Assembly (NCBI GenBank): GCA_963718615.1
Contig: OY970368.1
Span: 1,088,001-1,152,000 of the forward strand
Length of the DNA stretch: 64,000 bases
Source: an uncultured cyanobacterium
Lineage (GTDB): Bacteria; Cyanobacteriota; Cyanobacteriia; PCC-9006; JAAUQQ01
Direction of reading: 5' to 3'
Of this stretch, positions 20,496 through 31,064 are shown piece by piece. Position 1 is the first letter of the stretch; every line of letters begins with the position of its first letter. The translations under genes and the position numbers were made by a program. The notes below the pieces were generated by a model. That model was not told where the DNA came from and did no database searches. It saw nothing but the letters and a program-made list of their open reading frames with translations.

Positions 20496-22472
20496 ATGGT
20501 CCATTCCCTCGACACTATCCCGGTTCAGGCTACTGCCGCTGAGTCCCCTAGCCAGACCTTTTCACCTAACCCTCATTCGAGCCAGCGCTGGACCATCGAA
20601 GCGAGCGAAGACCTCTATCGCATTAAGGGCTGGGGGGAGCCCTACTTCTCCATTAATGCCAATGGCCATGTGACCGTTTCTCCGAAGGGCGATCGCGGTG
20701 GCTCCCTCGATTTAGTGGACTTGGTTCAGGGTCTGCAAAAACGTAACTTACAACTGCCCCTGCTGATTCGGTTTTCGGATATTTTGGCCGATCGCATCGA
20801 ACGCCTCAATGCCTGTTTTTCCAAGGCCATTACCCGCTATAGCTACGATGGCGTTTACAAAGGTGTTTTCCCCGTCAAATGCAACCAACAGCGCCACCTT
20901 GTCGAAAAGCTAGTGGAATTTGGCGCGCCCTATCAATTTGGCCTGGAAGCCGGATCTAAACCTGAATTGATGATTGCCTTGGCGTTGCTTAATACTCCCG
21001 GTGCCCTGCTGATTTGCAATGGCTATAAAGACCAGGAATATATTGAAACTGCCGTTTTGGCACGGCGGTTGGGTAAGACGCCGATCATTGTGTTGGAACA
21101 GGCGGAAGAAGTGGATATGGCGATCGCCGCTTATCAAAAACTCGGAGTTAAACCCATTCTCGGGGTTCGGGCTAAGCTCAATAGCCGGGGCATTGGGCGG
21201 TGGGGAACTTCAGCGGGCGATCGCGCCAAATTTGGCCTCACCATGCCCGAAATCGTCACCGCAGTTGATCAGTTACGGGAAGCGGATCTGCTCGACAGTC
21301 TTCAGCTTTTGCACTTTCATATTGGCTCTCAGATTTCCGATATTAGCGTCATTAAAGATGCCATCCAGGAAGCCAGTCAGATTTATGCACAACTGGCGAA
21401 ACTCGGTGCGGCCATGCAGTATCTGGATGTGGGGGGCGGTCTCGGCGTAGATTACGACGGCTCTAAAACCAACTTCCACGCCTCGAAAAACTACAACATG
21501 CAAAACTACGCTAATGATGTGGTTGCAGGGGTAAAGGATGCCTGTGTGCAGCATCAGTTGGCGATGCCGACGCTGGTGAGTGAAAGTGGTCGGGCGATCG
21601 CCTCTCACCAATCGGTTCTAGTCTTTGATGTTTTGGGGACGAGCGAAGTTGTGTCTGCACAGCCTCAGCCTGCTACGGAGGATGAAGATCTGATTATTCG
21701 CAATCTCTGGGAAGCCTACGAATCGATTACGTCGGACAACTGTCAAGAAGCCTATAACGATGCGCTCAAGTTTAAGGACGATGCCATTAGTGCCTTTCGT
21801 TTGGGCTATTTGTCGCTGACGGCACGGGCTAGGGCGGAGCAGATGTATTGGGCCTGTTGTGAGAAAATTCAGGCGATCGCCCGTACTCTAGATCCTGCTC
21901 CAGACGGCTTAGCAGAATTGGAAGCAGCCATGTCGGCAATTTACTATGTCAATCTTTCCATTTTTCAGTCTGCGCCGGATACCTGGGGAATTGATCAGGT
22001 GTTTCCGGTTATGCCAATCCATCGCCTTAATGAAGAGCCCACCCAACGGGCTAGTCTTGCGGATCTGACCTGCGATAGTGATGGCAAGATCGATAAGTTT
22101 ATCGATACCAAGGCTGTAAAGAATTTGCTGGAGCTACATTCGTTTAATGCCGAACAGCCCTATTATCTCGGTATGTTCCTCAACGGAGCTTACCAGGAAA
22201 TCATGGGGAATTTGCATAATCTCTTTGGTGATACCAATGCGGTCCATATTCAGCTGACGCCGAAGGGCTATGAGATTGAATATGTGGTTAAGGGGGACAC
22301 AATGGAAGAGGTTTTGGGCTATGTGCAATATAGCAGTGAGGATTTGGTAGAGCGGATGCGGAAGCAAACGGAAGTGGCTTTGCAAACGCAACAAATGAGT
22401 ATTGAGGAATCGCAGCGGCTGTTGCAAAATTATGAGCGCAGCTTGAGACGCTATACCTACTTGTCGGTTTAG
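20496..22472 (+). CDS. speA: Biosynthetic arginine decarboxylase
   Basis: FPVKCNQ (PLP Lys), GLEAGSKPEL, HFHIGSQI, TCDSDG. Confidence 0.96.
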   Translation: MVHSLDTIPVQATAAESPSQTFSPNPHSSQRWTIEASEDLYRIKGWGEPYFSINANGHVTVSPKGDRGGSLDLVDLVQGLQKRNLQLPLLIRFSDILADRIERLNACFSKAITRYSYDGVYKGVFPVKCNQQRHLVEKLVEFGAPYQFGLEAGSKPELMIALALLNTPGALLICNGYKDQEYIETAVLARRLGKTPIIVLEQAEEVDMAIAAYQKLGVKPILGVRAKLNSRGIGRWGTSAGDRAKFGLTMPEIVTAVDQLREADLLDSLQLLHFHIGSQISDISVIKDAIQEASQIYAQLAKLGAAMQYLDVGGGLGVDYDGSKTNFHASKNYNMQNYANDVVAGVKDACVQHQLAMPTLVSESGRAIASHQSVLVFDVLGTSEVVSAQPQPATEDEDLIIRNLWEAYESITSDNCQEAYNDALKFKDDAISAFRLGYLSLTARARAEQMYWACCEKIQAIARTLDPAPDGLAELEAAMSAIYYVNLSIFQSAPDTWGIDQVFPVMPIHRLNEEPTQRASLADLTCDSDGKIDKFIDTKAVKNLLELHSFNAEQPYYLGMFLNGAYQEIMGNLHNLFGDTNAVHIQLTPKGYEIEYVVKGDTMEEVLGYVQYSSEDLVERMRKQTEVALQTQQMSIEESQRLLQNYERSLRRYTYLSV

Positions 22473-22499
22473 GATTGGTTCGTTGTACATTCTTGATTC

Positions 22500-22532
22500 G
22501 TTGGGTTTCGCTGGGCTCAACACCAACCTACA
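22500..22532. repeat. REP-like palindrome (GTAGG-type end)
   Basis: GTTGGGTTTCGC...GCTCAACACCAACCTACA; near-identical copy at 59401-59433. Confidence 0.65.
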
Positions 22533-23367
22533 AAATCGTTGTATTTTGTCCATTGAGAGGACTCATCCAGGCCCGTAGCAAATCATCGAGTTGAATATCC
22601 CACTCTAGTAAACATGCGTGGCCACTTTTCGGCAGAAATCGCGTTTGCGCATTGGGTAATCGCTGGGCGATGCGCTGGATTTCTTGTGTTGAGGGTAGGA
22701 GGCGATCGCGTTCTCCCGCCACCAACAACACCGGCTGAACCAAACGTTCTAAATCCACCTCAGCAAGGTCAAACTGACGCAATAACCCCAGCCGCCAAGC
22801 GGTGGTTTTCGGTTGAACACCTTGCATCGCATCTAACAATGCTTCTTGATCGGCCCGCTGCACCCGATCCGGTGCAATCAAAAAGGGAACCAGTCCCACC
22901 GATGAAAATCGATAGAGCGGATTAGGAATCCAATCTGCTGCTAAACTTCCCCATTGTAACCAAGGGGATTGGCTAAAGGAAGAGGCCGGATTAATCAAAA
23001 TGATCCGCTCGAAAAGTGACGGCATATAGCTCGCAACTTTCATCGCCAAACAAGCCCCAAAGGACTCTCCACACAGATAGACCGGCTGACGTTTCCCCGT
23101 TCGCTCCTGCTCCTTAGCAATCAAATGAGCAACCTGAACAACCAAACTATTCCAGTTGGAAAGGTCATCTACTGGCAACGCTAAACAGCGAATGTCAAAA
23201 CAATTTTCTAGACCATCGACTTGTCGTCGCAGGAGTTGACCACTGCCATCCATTCCTGGAAAAAAAATAAACAGGGGTTGCTTAGGCTGCGGCGGTTTGG
23301 GCGTCAGCAATGTCATTTGCTGCGGTTGGATGGGTCTGCGGGAGGTAGAAGAACTTAAGCTCACCAT
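22528..23367 (-). CDS. Alpha/beta-fold hydrolase
   Basis: FPGMDGSG, GESFG nucleophile elbow, SGHACL. Confidence 0.9.
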   Translation of the reverse strand: MVSLSSSTSRRPIQPQQMTLLTPKPPQPKQPLFIFFPGMDGSGQLLRRQVDGLENCFDIRCLALPVDDLSNWNSLVVQVAHLIAKEQERTGKRQPVYLCGESFGACLAMKVASYMPSLFERIILINPASSFSQSPWLQWGSLAADWIPNPLYRFSSVGLVPFLIAPDRVQRADQEALLDAMQGVQPKTTAWRLGLLRQFDLAEVDLERLVQPVLLVAGERDRLLPSTQEIQRIAQRLPNAQTRFLPKSGHACLLEWDIQLDDLLRAWMSPLNGQNTTIL

Positions 23368-23407
23368 GGTTAGAAAATGAGACGACAGAAGGCTGGAAGT
23401 AAAAGTT

Positions 23408-24010
23408 TTAAGAAGGGAGCAACGCCGCTAACTCGACCAAGCTGGTGACACAGGCATCGGCATGTTCGGGCCAGGGAAATTGGCCAGTGACATCGATATG
23501 AACGGTAGCGGTGCCTGCATTGCGCCCAGCCAGTAAATCAAAAACGTAATCTCCCACCATGACGCCTTGGTTGGGCAGAGCTTGCCAGCGCTTTAAAAGA
23601 TGACGAATCCCATCGGGTTCGGGCTTAGGAGCGCAGCAGTTGCGGCTAAGGATGAGGTCGGGCTCAAAGAAAGAGAGTAAACCGCAGACGGCGAGGGTTT
23701 CGTGGGCAACCGGTTTGCTGTTGCGGGTGAGGATGCCGATGCATTTGTCTTGCGATCGCAACTGCTCCAACAGTTCCCCTGCCCCCGCCTGCGCCTCGGC
23801 TTTGCGAGCAATGTCTAGCTCAATGCCTTCCAGCTTGAGCCGTCGAGGGGCGGCTTCTTCGGGGGATAAGCGGGAGAGGGATTCGAGGATGGGCTGGTCA
23901 ATAGGTAGGTCGAGGGATGCGCGAATGGCAACGAAGTCGTGGGCCGCAACGGTGAGGGTTCCATCCATGTCAAAGATCCAGCAGGGGCGTTGGGCGAGGG
24001 GGGTCATCAT
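23408..24010 (-). CDS. HAD-superfamily hydrolase
   Basis: IFDMDGTLT, LTRN, PKPEPDG, MVGDYVFD. Confidence 0.92.
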   Translation of the reverse strand: MMTPLAQRPCWIFDMDGTLTVAAHDFVAIRASLDLPIDQPILESLSRLSPEEAAPRRLKLEGIELDIARKAEAQAGAGELLEQLRSQDKCIGILTRNSKPVAHETLAVCGLLSFFEPDLILSRNCCAPKPEPDGIRHLLKRWQALPNQGVMVGDYVFDLLAGRNAGTATVHIDVTGQFPWPEHADACVTSLVELAALLPS

Positions 24011-24141
24011 GGGAATTTGAGAATAGGGCTGAAACTCAACAGACGAAGCCCTAGCGGTGCGCAAGCTACCGTTAGGAACTCAATTCCATCATAACCAGAG
24101 GGTCTCAATCGCGCCTACCAATCGCCGATGACCTTCTTTAA

Positions 24142-25971
24142 CCCGGATTTCTCACCAGGGCGGATAGAGAGTATCAGGCTTGCCCGAAATGAGATGAGCA
24201 GTCTGTTGACTCGAGCAATAGAGGATGCCTGAGGCATCTTTCAGGCTGTCTATGCTGTAAAGGTAGTCATTGTGCTCTAGATATGGGGCTTCAGGCAGAT
24301 TTTGAGCAGGTCAAAGCAAGGGTGTGTAATCTCACCCTTGGAGAGTCGTTGAATTAAAGTCGGAGCGAAAGGCTAGAGTTCTACTCATCGGTCTATCCTG
24401 GCCTAGGGAGTCGTCTGCGCAACTGTTGTGCTGCCGCTTCAAAGAGGGTTTGTATGGGCGAAGCGAAAGTGAATGCGACGAGAATGCGCCTGACAGAGAT
24501 GCGAACCTGTGCGCCAAGCTTGAGCAGCTTGCGTCGAATGGTGCCCAGAGTCGCATCAGCGAGTTCAGTTTTGGCGAGTGCCTTGAGGCGCAGGGCCTGC
24601 ATCAAGACATAGGCGAAGGATGAAAACCAGAGTCTGAGCTGATTGCTTTCAAAGTCATGGGTGGAGGTGCGGTCGCTGAAGAGGTCAAGCTGATGCTCCT
24701 TGATGCGATTTTCCATCTCTCCTCGCGGACAGTAATAATCGCGGTGAAGGTGAGCGGGATGGGCCTGCTGTGCTGTCAAAGAGGTGACAACGAAATGGCG
24801 ACGTGGGCCATTGCCATCGTAGGTGAGCTTGCAAATGACGCGACGCTCACAGCTCCAGGATTTAAGCGTGGCATAGCTCAAGGACTGATGCCAAACCTGG
24901 GGCGGAACCAAGCGGTTGAGTTCAGCCTCTAGTTCACTTGCACTCTGCTCTAACAGAGGTTCTAAGGTGGCAGCAACCGTTTGGCGCTGGGCCTCATAAA
25001 CGGCTTTGGCTCGCTGTTCTAACCCCCAAGTCAATTGGCGCAAGCGCTCATTGCTGCTGTGGGCAAAAACAAAGTCCACCTGGGCTTCACCTTCACACCA
25101 CAGCATGATGTCATCTCGGCTGTAAGCACTATCGCCGCGCACCAGAATCTTCACCTTCGGCCAATGACCTCGAATCTGAGCCACGATGCGTTGGAGTTCT
25201 TCTAACGCTCCCGCTGCGGGGTCCACATTGGCCGGTCGCAGTTTTGCACTCAACAAATGGCGACCACTGAAGATGAGCAACGGGGTGTAGCAGTCATGGC
25301 GGTAATACCCATTGAACGCTGAACCTTCCTGGGTGCCATGGGTGGGGTCATCGGTGACATCCATGTCCAGGATGATTTGTTTCGGTTCACCTTCGAGTTG
25401 TTCGATGAATAGCTCCACCAAGAGCGCCTCGATGGCAGCCGGGTCCAGGCTCAGTTTCACGTAGCGCGAATCTGACAAGTCGCGGGGGACATGCATCGCT
25501 TGCTCCAATCGGTTGAGGGTGCTCTTGCCCGCTAACGGTGCACAGCGCGGATGCTGGCTTTCTAACTGACCCAGAACTACCCCAAATAATCGCTCATGCC
25601 GAAGGTCGTCATGGTCATTCACGTCCTCGTAGCCTTGCACCAATCCATAAAGCCGTTGCCCGAGCAGCGTTTTCAATTCATGTTGCACCCGGCTGCCATC
25701 GCGGTGATCCGTAAAGCACTCGGACAGCCGCTCACTGATTCGATATAGCTGGTCGATTTCTCGAATTAGCAGCAGCCCTCCATCACTGCTGAGCTCACCA
25801 CCGCTAAAGTTCGCTACTATCTTGCGTTGATTCAGGCGTCCAAACTCGTAGCTTGGCAAGTTACACTCTGTTTGGGTCGGGGCCATCTTTGCAAACCGCT
25901 GAATGTCTTGTGGTTATTACATTCTCGCTGGTTGGTGACCCCGATCCCTCGGCACTGGTGAGATATCCGGG
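24142..25971 (-). mobile_element. IS1380-family insertion sequence, apparently complete
   Basis: 17-bp terminal inverted repeats CCCGGAT(T/A)TCTCACCAG (one mismatch) and 5-bp direct repeat TTTAA at 24137-24141 and 25972-25976. Confidence 0.93.
24393..25886 (-). CDS. IS1380-family DDE transposase
   Basis: FSGGELSSDGGLLL, ILDMDVTDD, RGDSAY, YCPRGEMENRIKE. Confidence 0.95.
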   Translation of the reverse strand: MAPTQTECNLPSYEFGRLNQRKIVANFSGGELSSDGGLLLIREIDQLYRISERLSECFTDHRDGSRVQHELKTLLGQRLYGLVQGYEDVNDHDDLRHERLFGVVLGQLESQHPRCAPLAGKSTLNRLEQAMHVPRDLSDSRYVKLSLDPAAIEALLVELFIEQLEGEPKQIILDMDVTDDPTHGTQEGSAFNGYYRHDCYTPLLIFSGRHLLSAKLRPANVDPAAGALEELQRIVAQIRGHWPKVKILVRGDSAYSRDDIMLWCEGEAQVDFVFAHSSNERLRQLTWGLEQRAKAVYEAQRQTVAATLEPLLEQSASELEAELNRLVPPQVWHQSLSYATLKSWSCERRVICKLTYDGNGPRRHFVVTSLTAQQAHPAHLHRDYYCPRGEMENRIKEHQLDLFSDRTSTHDFESNQLRLWFSSFAYVLMQALRLKALAKTELADATLGTIRRKLLKLGAQVRISVRRILVAFTFASPIQTLFEAAAQQLRRRLPRPG

Positions 25972-26015
25972 TTTAAACATAATCCCACAACAAAATACGA
26001 CAAAATACGACAAAA

Positions 26016-26038
26016 CCCATCACAGATCCTGTGATGGG
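26016..26038. terminator. Hairpin downstream of holin-like gene
   Basis: CCCATCACAG-atc-CTGTGATGGG. Confidence 0.6.
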
Positions 26039-26082
26039 CTATTCCTGGCGAGGAATTCAAGCAAGATAACTGACTGAATCAC

Positions 26083-26529
26083 TTACGATTCACGAGTTTC
26101 CAAGGTTGCGGTTTTGGAGGTTACGGCTGGGGTTACAGCTTTCGAGGCGATCGCTTGCTTCACACCGGCCAGTTTTTTATCGATGCCTTTTTCGACGAAG
26201 TAGCCCGTGAGGAACGTCGTTACAGCAGAAAGCACCACCGGGCCGAGGATAAAGGCCAACAATCCATGGACTGCAAATCCGGGAACCAGCAGCGAAGCCA
26301 GCCAGAAACAAACGCCATTGATCACGAGGGAAAAGCTACCCAGCGTCAGCAGATTCACTGGCAAAGACAGCAACGAAATCACCGGCTTTATAGTACCGTT
26401 GACCAGGCCCAGCGATAGAGCCGCAGCCAAGGCGGCTGGAAAGGTTGCGATACCAACACCAGGGACAGCCAAGTCAACAACCAGGAGGCTGAGGGCCGTA
26501 ACGAGGGTGGTCAGAAAAAATCCCAACAT
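26083..26529 (-). CDS. YvlD/4-TM phage-holin-superfamily membrane protein
   Basis: GLVNGTIKPVISLLSLPVNLLTLGSFSLVING. Confidence 0.88.
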   Translation of the reverse strand: MLGFFLTTLVTALSLLVVDLAVPGVGIATFPAALAAALSLGLVNGTIKPVISLLSLPVNLLTLGSFSLVINGVCFWLASLLVPGFAVHGLLAFILGPVVLSAVTTFLTGYFVEKGIDKKLAGVKQAIASKAVTPAVTSKTATLETRES

Positions 26530-26598
26530 GTTTTTACGCTCCTAATTCAAATGCTTATGGGGTCAAAATCAATTCAAAACCTAGAAACTCGCTAGAAA

Positions 26599-26820
26599 CT
26601 AGGCATTCACTTCGGCGATATCCGATTGCTGGTTCAGCTTTTGCTGTTGCAATTTTTCGTCATGCTTGGCGATCGCCCACACCGCATGAATACTCCCCGG
26701 TAACCAACCGAGGATCGTCAAGGGAATATTGATAAACAGGGCGGGGCTAATCCCGTAGGTCAGGAACACACCAACCGGTGGTAGAGCAACTCCTAGGGCG
26801 TAGCGAATCAGTTTGTTCAT
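26599..26820 (-). CDS. YqaE/Pmp3 family membrane protein
   Basis: LPPVGVFL...INIPLTILGWLPGSIHAVW. Confidence 0.92.
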   Translation of the reverse strand: MNKLIRYALGVALPPVGVFLTYGISPALFINIPLTILGWLPGSIHAVWAIAKHDEKLQQQKLNQQSDIAEVNA

Positions 26821-27017
26821 GGTGTTTATCTTTCCGTTTCTCTTTGCCCTTTTAGCATGACAAATCCGTTGCGTTTTTCCGAGGAGAGTTAACCGGAAGA
26901 AATAGGGTGAAAACCTTACCCAGATTAGGGTTTACCCAACAACTGGTTCGGTTAATACGATAAAACTATTTGATGGGGTTACTACTCTTTATCCGATTAG
27001 AGCAGGACGCTAATCCT

Positions 27018-27677
27018 TTACCCTGTCAGCATTCCAACTAAAACCTGAAGGAGATCTTCCACATCCGCAGGAACGCGAAACAAACTCAAATCCTGCCAAA
27101 TCTGCTTCTCCGCCCGGTTCAAAATCCCGAACTGCCACACATTACCAATCGAAACCGCTCCATATAAAACGGGAGTTTCCAACGGGGACCACTGATCTAC
27201 CGCGATCAGCTCCACCGCAAGCTGGGCAAATCCCCGTTGTAAATTCTCATCCTTTGCCTCGATCACAACCAGTGAATTATCCCGCTGCAAATAATAGTCT
27301 AAGGCTCCCTTCAACTGCTCCGTTACAAACAACGAATAGCCAACCTTGAGTTTGGCATGGGTGTAGTGCAGCAAATCCACAAGAACGGGTGCAATTAAGA
27401 ACTGCTGTCGCGCCGATTCATTGTCCAGCGAGATCAGCGGCAGGCTTTCGTTGAGCTGATCAATCAGCCCTTGGGATCGCTCCAATACCCGCCCCGTGCG
27501 AGGCAGTTCCAAAATTTGACGACCGAATCCATAGCCAAAATAGGCCAGCAAATCCTCAATATCAACATTGAGCTTGTAATAGTCCGAAAACGCGTAGGAA
27601 CGCGCCGGGTCAATGACTGCTGCCCGCACCATAGTCAACTGGGCCTCCGGTCTAGAACGCTCGATCCCTTGATTCAC
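27018..27677 (-). CDS. Orphan PD-(D/E)xK-fold (HsdR_N-like) protein
   Basis: GALDYYL...VVIEAK...AQLAVEL, YGAVSIGNVWQF; common cyanobacterial family. Confidence 0.7.
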   Translation of the reverse strand: MNQGIERSRPEAQLTMVRAAVIDPARSYAFSDYYKLNVDIEDLLAYFGYGFGRQILELPRTGRVLERSQGLIDQLNESLPLISLDNESARQQFLIAPVLVDLLHYTHAKLKVGYSLFVTEQLKGALDYYLQRDNSLVVIEAKDENLQRGFAQLAVELIAVDQWSPLETPVLYGAVSIGNVWQFGILNRAEKQIWQDLSLFRVPADVEDLLQVLVGMLTG

Positions 27678-27807
27678 AGATCTATATCATAGGCAATCTG
27701 CGAATTTCGTCGGCAAGATCTACCCACCGGGGAGCTGAGGCATTACCCTAGAGAAGAATCGAAACAATCTGCAATAATTCTTCGCTCACCCTCTCCCCTC
27801 CACGCCT

Positions 27808-29535
27808 ATGCTTCGCCTCGAACACATCAAAATGATCTATCCGACCGGTGAAGTCCTCAAGGACGTGAATTGGGAGGTGAAAGTGGGCGATCGCATCGGT
27901 CTGGTGGGCGTCAACGGCGCGGGCAAATCCACCCAGCTCAAGATCATTGCCGGGGAAGTCGAACCCACCGCAGGCAATATTGTCAAGCCCAGCGGCTTCA
28001 AGATCTCCTACCTCAGCCAAGAATTTGACGTGGATACCAGCCGCACCGTTCGCGAAGAGCTGTTCCGCGCCTTCAAAGAAGCCAACGACGTCCACGAGAA
28101 CCTGCTAGAGATTCATCACAAAATGGAGCAGGCGGATCCCGAGGCGTTGGATAAGCTGCTCAAACAAATGGACCGCTACCAGCGCCAATTTGAGGCGATG
28201 AATGGCTACGAGCTGGAGTCCCTGGTGGAAAAGCTCTTGCCGGAACTGGGGTTTGAGGATGAAGATGGCGATCGCCTGGTCAAAGCCTTTAGCGGCGGCT
28301 GGCAAATGCGCATGGGCCTCGGCAAAATCATGCTCCAGGAACCGGATTTGCTGCTGTTGGACGAACCGACCAACCATCTGGACCTGGAAACCATCGAATG
28401 GCTGGAGGGCTATCTCAAGGGCCTGACGACGCCCATGGTGATTGTCTCCCATGACCGGGAGTTTCTCGATCGCCTCTGCACTCAAATTGTTGAAACCGAG
28501 CGGGGCGTTTCCGCCACCTATTTGGGTAACTATTCCCAATACCTCGAACAAAAAGCCTTCAATCGTCAGTCTCAGCTCTCCGCCTTCGAGCGGCAGCAAA
28601 AGGAGTTGGAAAAACAGCAGGCTTTTGTTGAGAAATTCCGTGCGAGCGCCACCCGCAGCACCCAGGCCAAGAGCCGGGAGAAGCAGCTCGACAAAATTGA
28701 GCGGATTGAAGCACCGGATTCCAATGTGCGAACGCTGAAGTTTCGCTTCCCGCCCGCGCCGCGCAGCGGTCGGGAGGTGGTAATTATCAATGACCTAACC
28801 CATACCTATGGGGATAAGGTGCTGTTTTTGGGTGCGGAAGCGTTGATTGAACGGGGCGATCGCATCGCCATTCTCGGCCCCAACGGCGCGGGTAAATCAA
28901 CCCTATTGCGCTTTATTGCGGGCATCGAAAAGCCAGAAGATGGCCAGGTTGCACTCGGTCAGCACAATGTCATTCCCGGCTACTTTGAACAAAACCAAGC
29001 GGAAGCGCTGGATCTGGAAAAGACGGTGATTGATACGATCCACGACGAAGTCCCCGACTGGGAAAACCGGGAAGTTCGAACGCTTTTGGGCCAGTTTTTG
29101 TTTAGTGGTGATACGGTATTTAAGAAGGTCAAGGCCCTGAGCGGGGGCGAAAAAGCACGACTTGCCCTGGCACGGATGCTTCTGCAACCTGTCAACCTGC
29201 TGATGCTGGACGAGCCGACCAATCACCTGGATATTCCGGCGAAGGAAATGCTGGAAAATGCGCTGAAAAACTACGACGGCACCGCCATCATCATCTCCCA
29301 CGATCGCTACTTTATCTCCCAGGTTGCCACCCAAATTCTCGAAGTCCGTGATGGAGAATTACGGCTCTATCGAGGCGATTATCGTTACTATCTTGATAAG
29401 ATCGAAGAGGAAAAAGAGAAAGCACGGCTGATGAAAATCGAAGCCGAAAAAGCAGCGAAGGCCGAAGCCAATCGTGAAAAGCGGATTACCAAGGAAAAGG
29501 AGCGCAAAACCGGCAAAAAGACCGCAAAGTCATAA
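27808..29535 (+). CDS. ABC-F family ATP-binding protein
   Basis: Two ABC domains (GVNGAGKST, GPNGAGKST, LDEPTNHLD x2), no TM segments. Confidence 0.95.
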   Translation: MLRLEHIKMIYPTGEVLKDVNWEVKVGDRIGLVGVNGAGKSTQLKIIAGEVEPTAGNIVKPSGFKISYLSQEFDVDTSRTVREELFRAFKEANDVHENLLEIHHKMEQADPEALDKLLKQMDRYQRQFEAMNGYELESLVEKLLPELGFEDEDGDRLVKAFSGGWQMRMGLGKIMLQEPDLLLLDEPTNHLDLETIEWLEGYLKGLTTPMVIVSHDREFLDRLCTQIVETERGVSATYLGNYSQYLEQKAFNRQSQLSAFERQQKELEKQQAFVEKFRASATRSTQAKSREKQLDKIERIEAPDSNVRTLKFRFPPAPRSGREVVIINDLTHTYGDKVLFLGAEALIERGDRIAILGPNGAGKSTLLRFIAGIEKPEDGQVALGQHNVIPGYFEQNQAEALDLEKTVIDTIHDEVPDWENREVRTLLGQFLFSGDTVFKKVKALSGGEKARLALARMLLQPVNLLMLDEPTNHLDIPAKEMLENALKNYDGTAIIISHDRYFISQVATQILEVRDGELRLYRGDYRYYLDKIEEEKEKARLMKIEAEKAAKAEANREKRITKEKERKTGKKTAKS

Positions 29536-29607
29536 CAGCGAAGTCATAACAGCAAAGTCATCACTGACCCCCATGGCTGACACAAGGGTTTCAACCCACC
29601 CTTCAGA

Positions 29608-31041
29608 CTAAGGCGATTCCGATAATCTCGTGAATCCGTATTCCTGTTTAGCATTGCGCTGGACCTTGAGCAAAATCGCTTCTCCGGTGCGATCGCCCGT
29701 GGGCAAAAATCGCACATCCTCCCCCGCCCCTCGGGCTACAAAATCCGGACGGCGCAGTTGCTGTTGCAGCGTGCTACGAGTTAGGGGTTGTTCCGGGGGG
29801 ATTTGGCGGAGGGCTGTGGCGATCGCCTGAGTCGCGTCAAAGGACGTCGCAGTCCGCCAAGTCAACGAGGTATCGCCCCACCGTTGCGCAGCCCGCGCCA
29901 AAAAGGAAGTTGTGGAATCCGGATTGGCGTACCAAGGGGCGGTGACGACCAAGTCTTTTATGCTGTCATTTCCCTGCTTTAGAATCGTACTGTTATACAT
30001 CGTGGGGGAACCCAAGAGTGCCAGTTGTCCCTGGGCCGCTTGGGCCAGGCGAATAGCCCGATCCGGATAGTCCACATGGGGCGCAATTAACATTGCATCC
30101 GCCCCCTTGGTTAAGGCAACGTTAACCTTGTCTTCCCCAGGCAATTGAGGTTCAGACAGATCACAGCTAATCGGCAGAATTTGTGCTTGCAGTGCCGTTG
30201 CAGCTTGGACGAATTCTGCTTGAAATGCGACATTGTCCGGTGCTTTGGAGTCAACACAAATCAAAAAAATCTTTTGATTGGCTGACTGAACCGAATAGTA
30301 GGCTAGGCTTTCTGCCAGCGTTTTTATATTAGGAATAGTGCGAAAAATATAGCTACCAAATCCCGAAAGTTTCCCTGAAAATCCCGTGGGTGCAATCATC
30401 ACAACGCCAGCATCCTGATACACTGCTGCTGCCGCGAGGGAAGGACCACTGGCATTCGACCCAATCACAGCTAGAATTTGGGGATCTTGGGCAATGGTCT
30501 GGGCGATGGTTGCAGCGGTATTGGCATCATTGTTGTCATTGGCGATGACAATTTCCAGGGGAATACCATTAATCCCTAAATCTCTACTCTGGTCTTGGGC
30601 CTGGGCAACGCCACGCAACATTTCAGCGGCGATCGCCGGATTATTCCCAATGGGTACACTGACCGCAATGCGTAGGGGATGTGCATCGCCTTTGAGACGC
30701 GATCGCGCATTATTCAAGTAAATATAAGCCTCCGGATCATCCGGTTCTTGCAGCAACGAGGTCTGAAACTTCTCGATTGCGGTCAAATAATCTCCTTGTC
30801 TAAAGGCTTGCACTGCCACCTTTTTCGCCGCAGTAGGAGATTGAAATAAGAGGTCTTCACCGAGGCTGATCTGGGGATTTTGGGCCTGAGCTCCAGGCAG
30901 TTCCGAGAAGAATTTCTGCGGTGAGAAGAGCCATTGCAACATCCCCAGAACCAGCAATACTAAAAGGAGCGATCGCCCCCAACGTTTGTGATAGTCTTGG
31001 GGTGGGCGTGACAGGATCGGTGCGTGAGTCTGAATGGACAT
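29608..31041 (-). CDS. Membrane-anchored LivJ-type (class I) periplasmic ligand-binding protein with TPR-like N-domain
   Basis: One TM, DPEAYIYLNNA, LRGVAQAQ, ILAVIGSNAS, YIFRTIPN, WRTATSFDA. Confidence 0.88.
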   Translation of the reverse strand: MSIQTHAPILSRPPQDYHKRWGRSLLLVLLVLGMLQWLFSPQKFFSELPGAQAQNPQISLGEDLLFQSPTAAKKVAVQAFRQGDYLTAIEKFQTSLLQEPDDPEAYIYLNNARSRLKGDAHPLRIAVSVPIGNNPAIAAEMLRGVAQAQDQSRDLGINGIPLEIVIANDNNDANTAATIAQTIAQDPQILAVIGSNASGPSLAAAAVYQDAGVVMIAPTGFSGKLSGFGSYIFRTIPNIKTLAESLAYYSVQSANQKIFLICVDSKAPDNVAFQAEFVQAATALQAQILPISCDLSEPQLPGEDKVNVALTKGADAMLIAPHVDYPDRAIRLAQAAQGQLALLGSPTMYNSTILKQGNDSIKDLVVTAPWYANPDSTTSFLARAAQRWGDTSLTWRTATSFDATQAIATALRQIPPEQPLTRSTLQQQLRRPDFVARGAGEDVRFLPTGDRTGEAILLKVQRNAKQEYGFTRLSESP

Positions 31042-31064
31042 CTTTGGAGTTTCCTTACTGGAGT

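Noticed and set aside
26083-26529. Holin as prophage evidence
   Set aside because: YvlD-type 4-TM proteins are ordinary chromosomal genes in cyanobacteria and no phage genes are nearby.
26820-27010. Imperfect inverted repeats upstream of the Pmp3 gene
   Set aside because: Too weak to call an ncRNA or operator without conservation data.
19625-27677. Uma2 and HsdR_N-like genes as a defence system
   Set aside because: Both are highly expanded orphan families in cyanobacteria, far apart, without partner genes.
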